From assembly GCA_000091205.1 (NCBI GenBank), contig AP006495.2: 64,000 nt of DNA. One strand, given 5' to 3'. Position 1 is the first letter of the stretch, and every line of letters begins with the position of its first letter. Positions 63,841-64,000 of this stretch are shown piece by piece. The notes under the pieces are model-generated. The model did not search any database and was not told the DNA's origin. It saw nothing but the letters and a program-made list of their open reading frames with translations. Source of the stretch: Cyanidioschyzon merolae (lineage: Eukaryota). A program made the position numbers and the translations under genes.

Positions 63841-64000
63841 GAACGCATTATACAGTGACGTCGAAGACCTTCTGCAAACTTCAGCTGGGATGGAACGAAA
63901 GTGCGTTGAAAGAGCATAAAAGGGTATTCTGATCCATGTCCTCTATTCCTGGATTTCTCATTGTTTTCCGAACTTTTGCAAATGTATAGACTGCACATTC

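Noticed and set aside
1-64000. Expectation of a prokaryotic defence/accessory island (CRISPR arrays, restriction-modification, toxin-antitoxin)
   Set aside because: The window encodes actin, eS25, uL3, a SWI3/SMARCC subunit, TFIIF-beta, a mitochondrial carrier and an SNF2/RING/F-box helicase. It shows no operon structure, no Shine-Dalgarno-spaced ORFs and no CRISPR-like direct-repeat arrays. It is eukaryotic nuclear DNA. The 'novel system' here is a eukaryotic Fanzor/TnpB family.

Overview
This window is nuclear DNA from a gene-dense eukaryote with few or no introns and roughly 50-55% GC. It is not a prokaryotic defence island. The clearest evidence is an intronless actin, ribosomal proteins eS25 and uL3, a SWI3/SMARCC subunit, TFIIF-beta, a SNF2/RING/F-box helicase, a mitochondrial carrier, PRPP synthetase, a CGFS glutaredoxin, a TMEM53/DUF829 protein, a PfCRT-like transporter and a RETICULATA-related (DUF3411) protein. 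The last hints at a plastid-bearing protist or alga. The ORF track reports alternative starts (TTG/GTG/ATT) as M, so several CDS starts were moved to the first real ATG. The main finding is a repeat family encoding a Fanzor/TnpB-like (OMEGA) RuvC nuclease. There are three near-full-length but decayed copies (about 2330-4870, 39283-42080 and 51975-54625, all on the minus strand). At least seven solo fragments keep only the C-terminal coding part (RuvC-III 'RDFNAAINI') plus a conserved non-coding tail of about 100 nt, which is where an omega-RNA would be expected. Several of these right ends sit directly upstream of host start codons on the same strand. Three to four copies of a composite repeat join an antisense Fanzor 3' fragment to a ~950-bp unit beginning 'MNALLRAS'; two of these units (43177-44135 and 62899-63840) are nearly identical. 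Other observations include a candidate KNL1/Spc7 kinetochore protein with an RVSF motif and MELT-like repeats, a convergent 3' overlap between the uL3 and CRT-like genes, and small tandem repeats.
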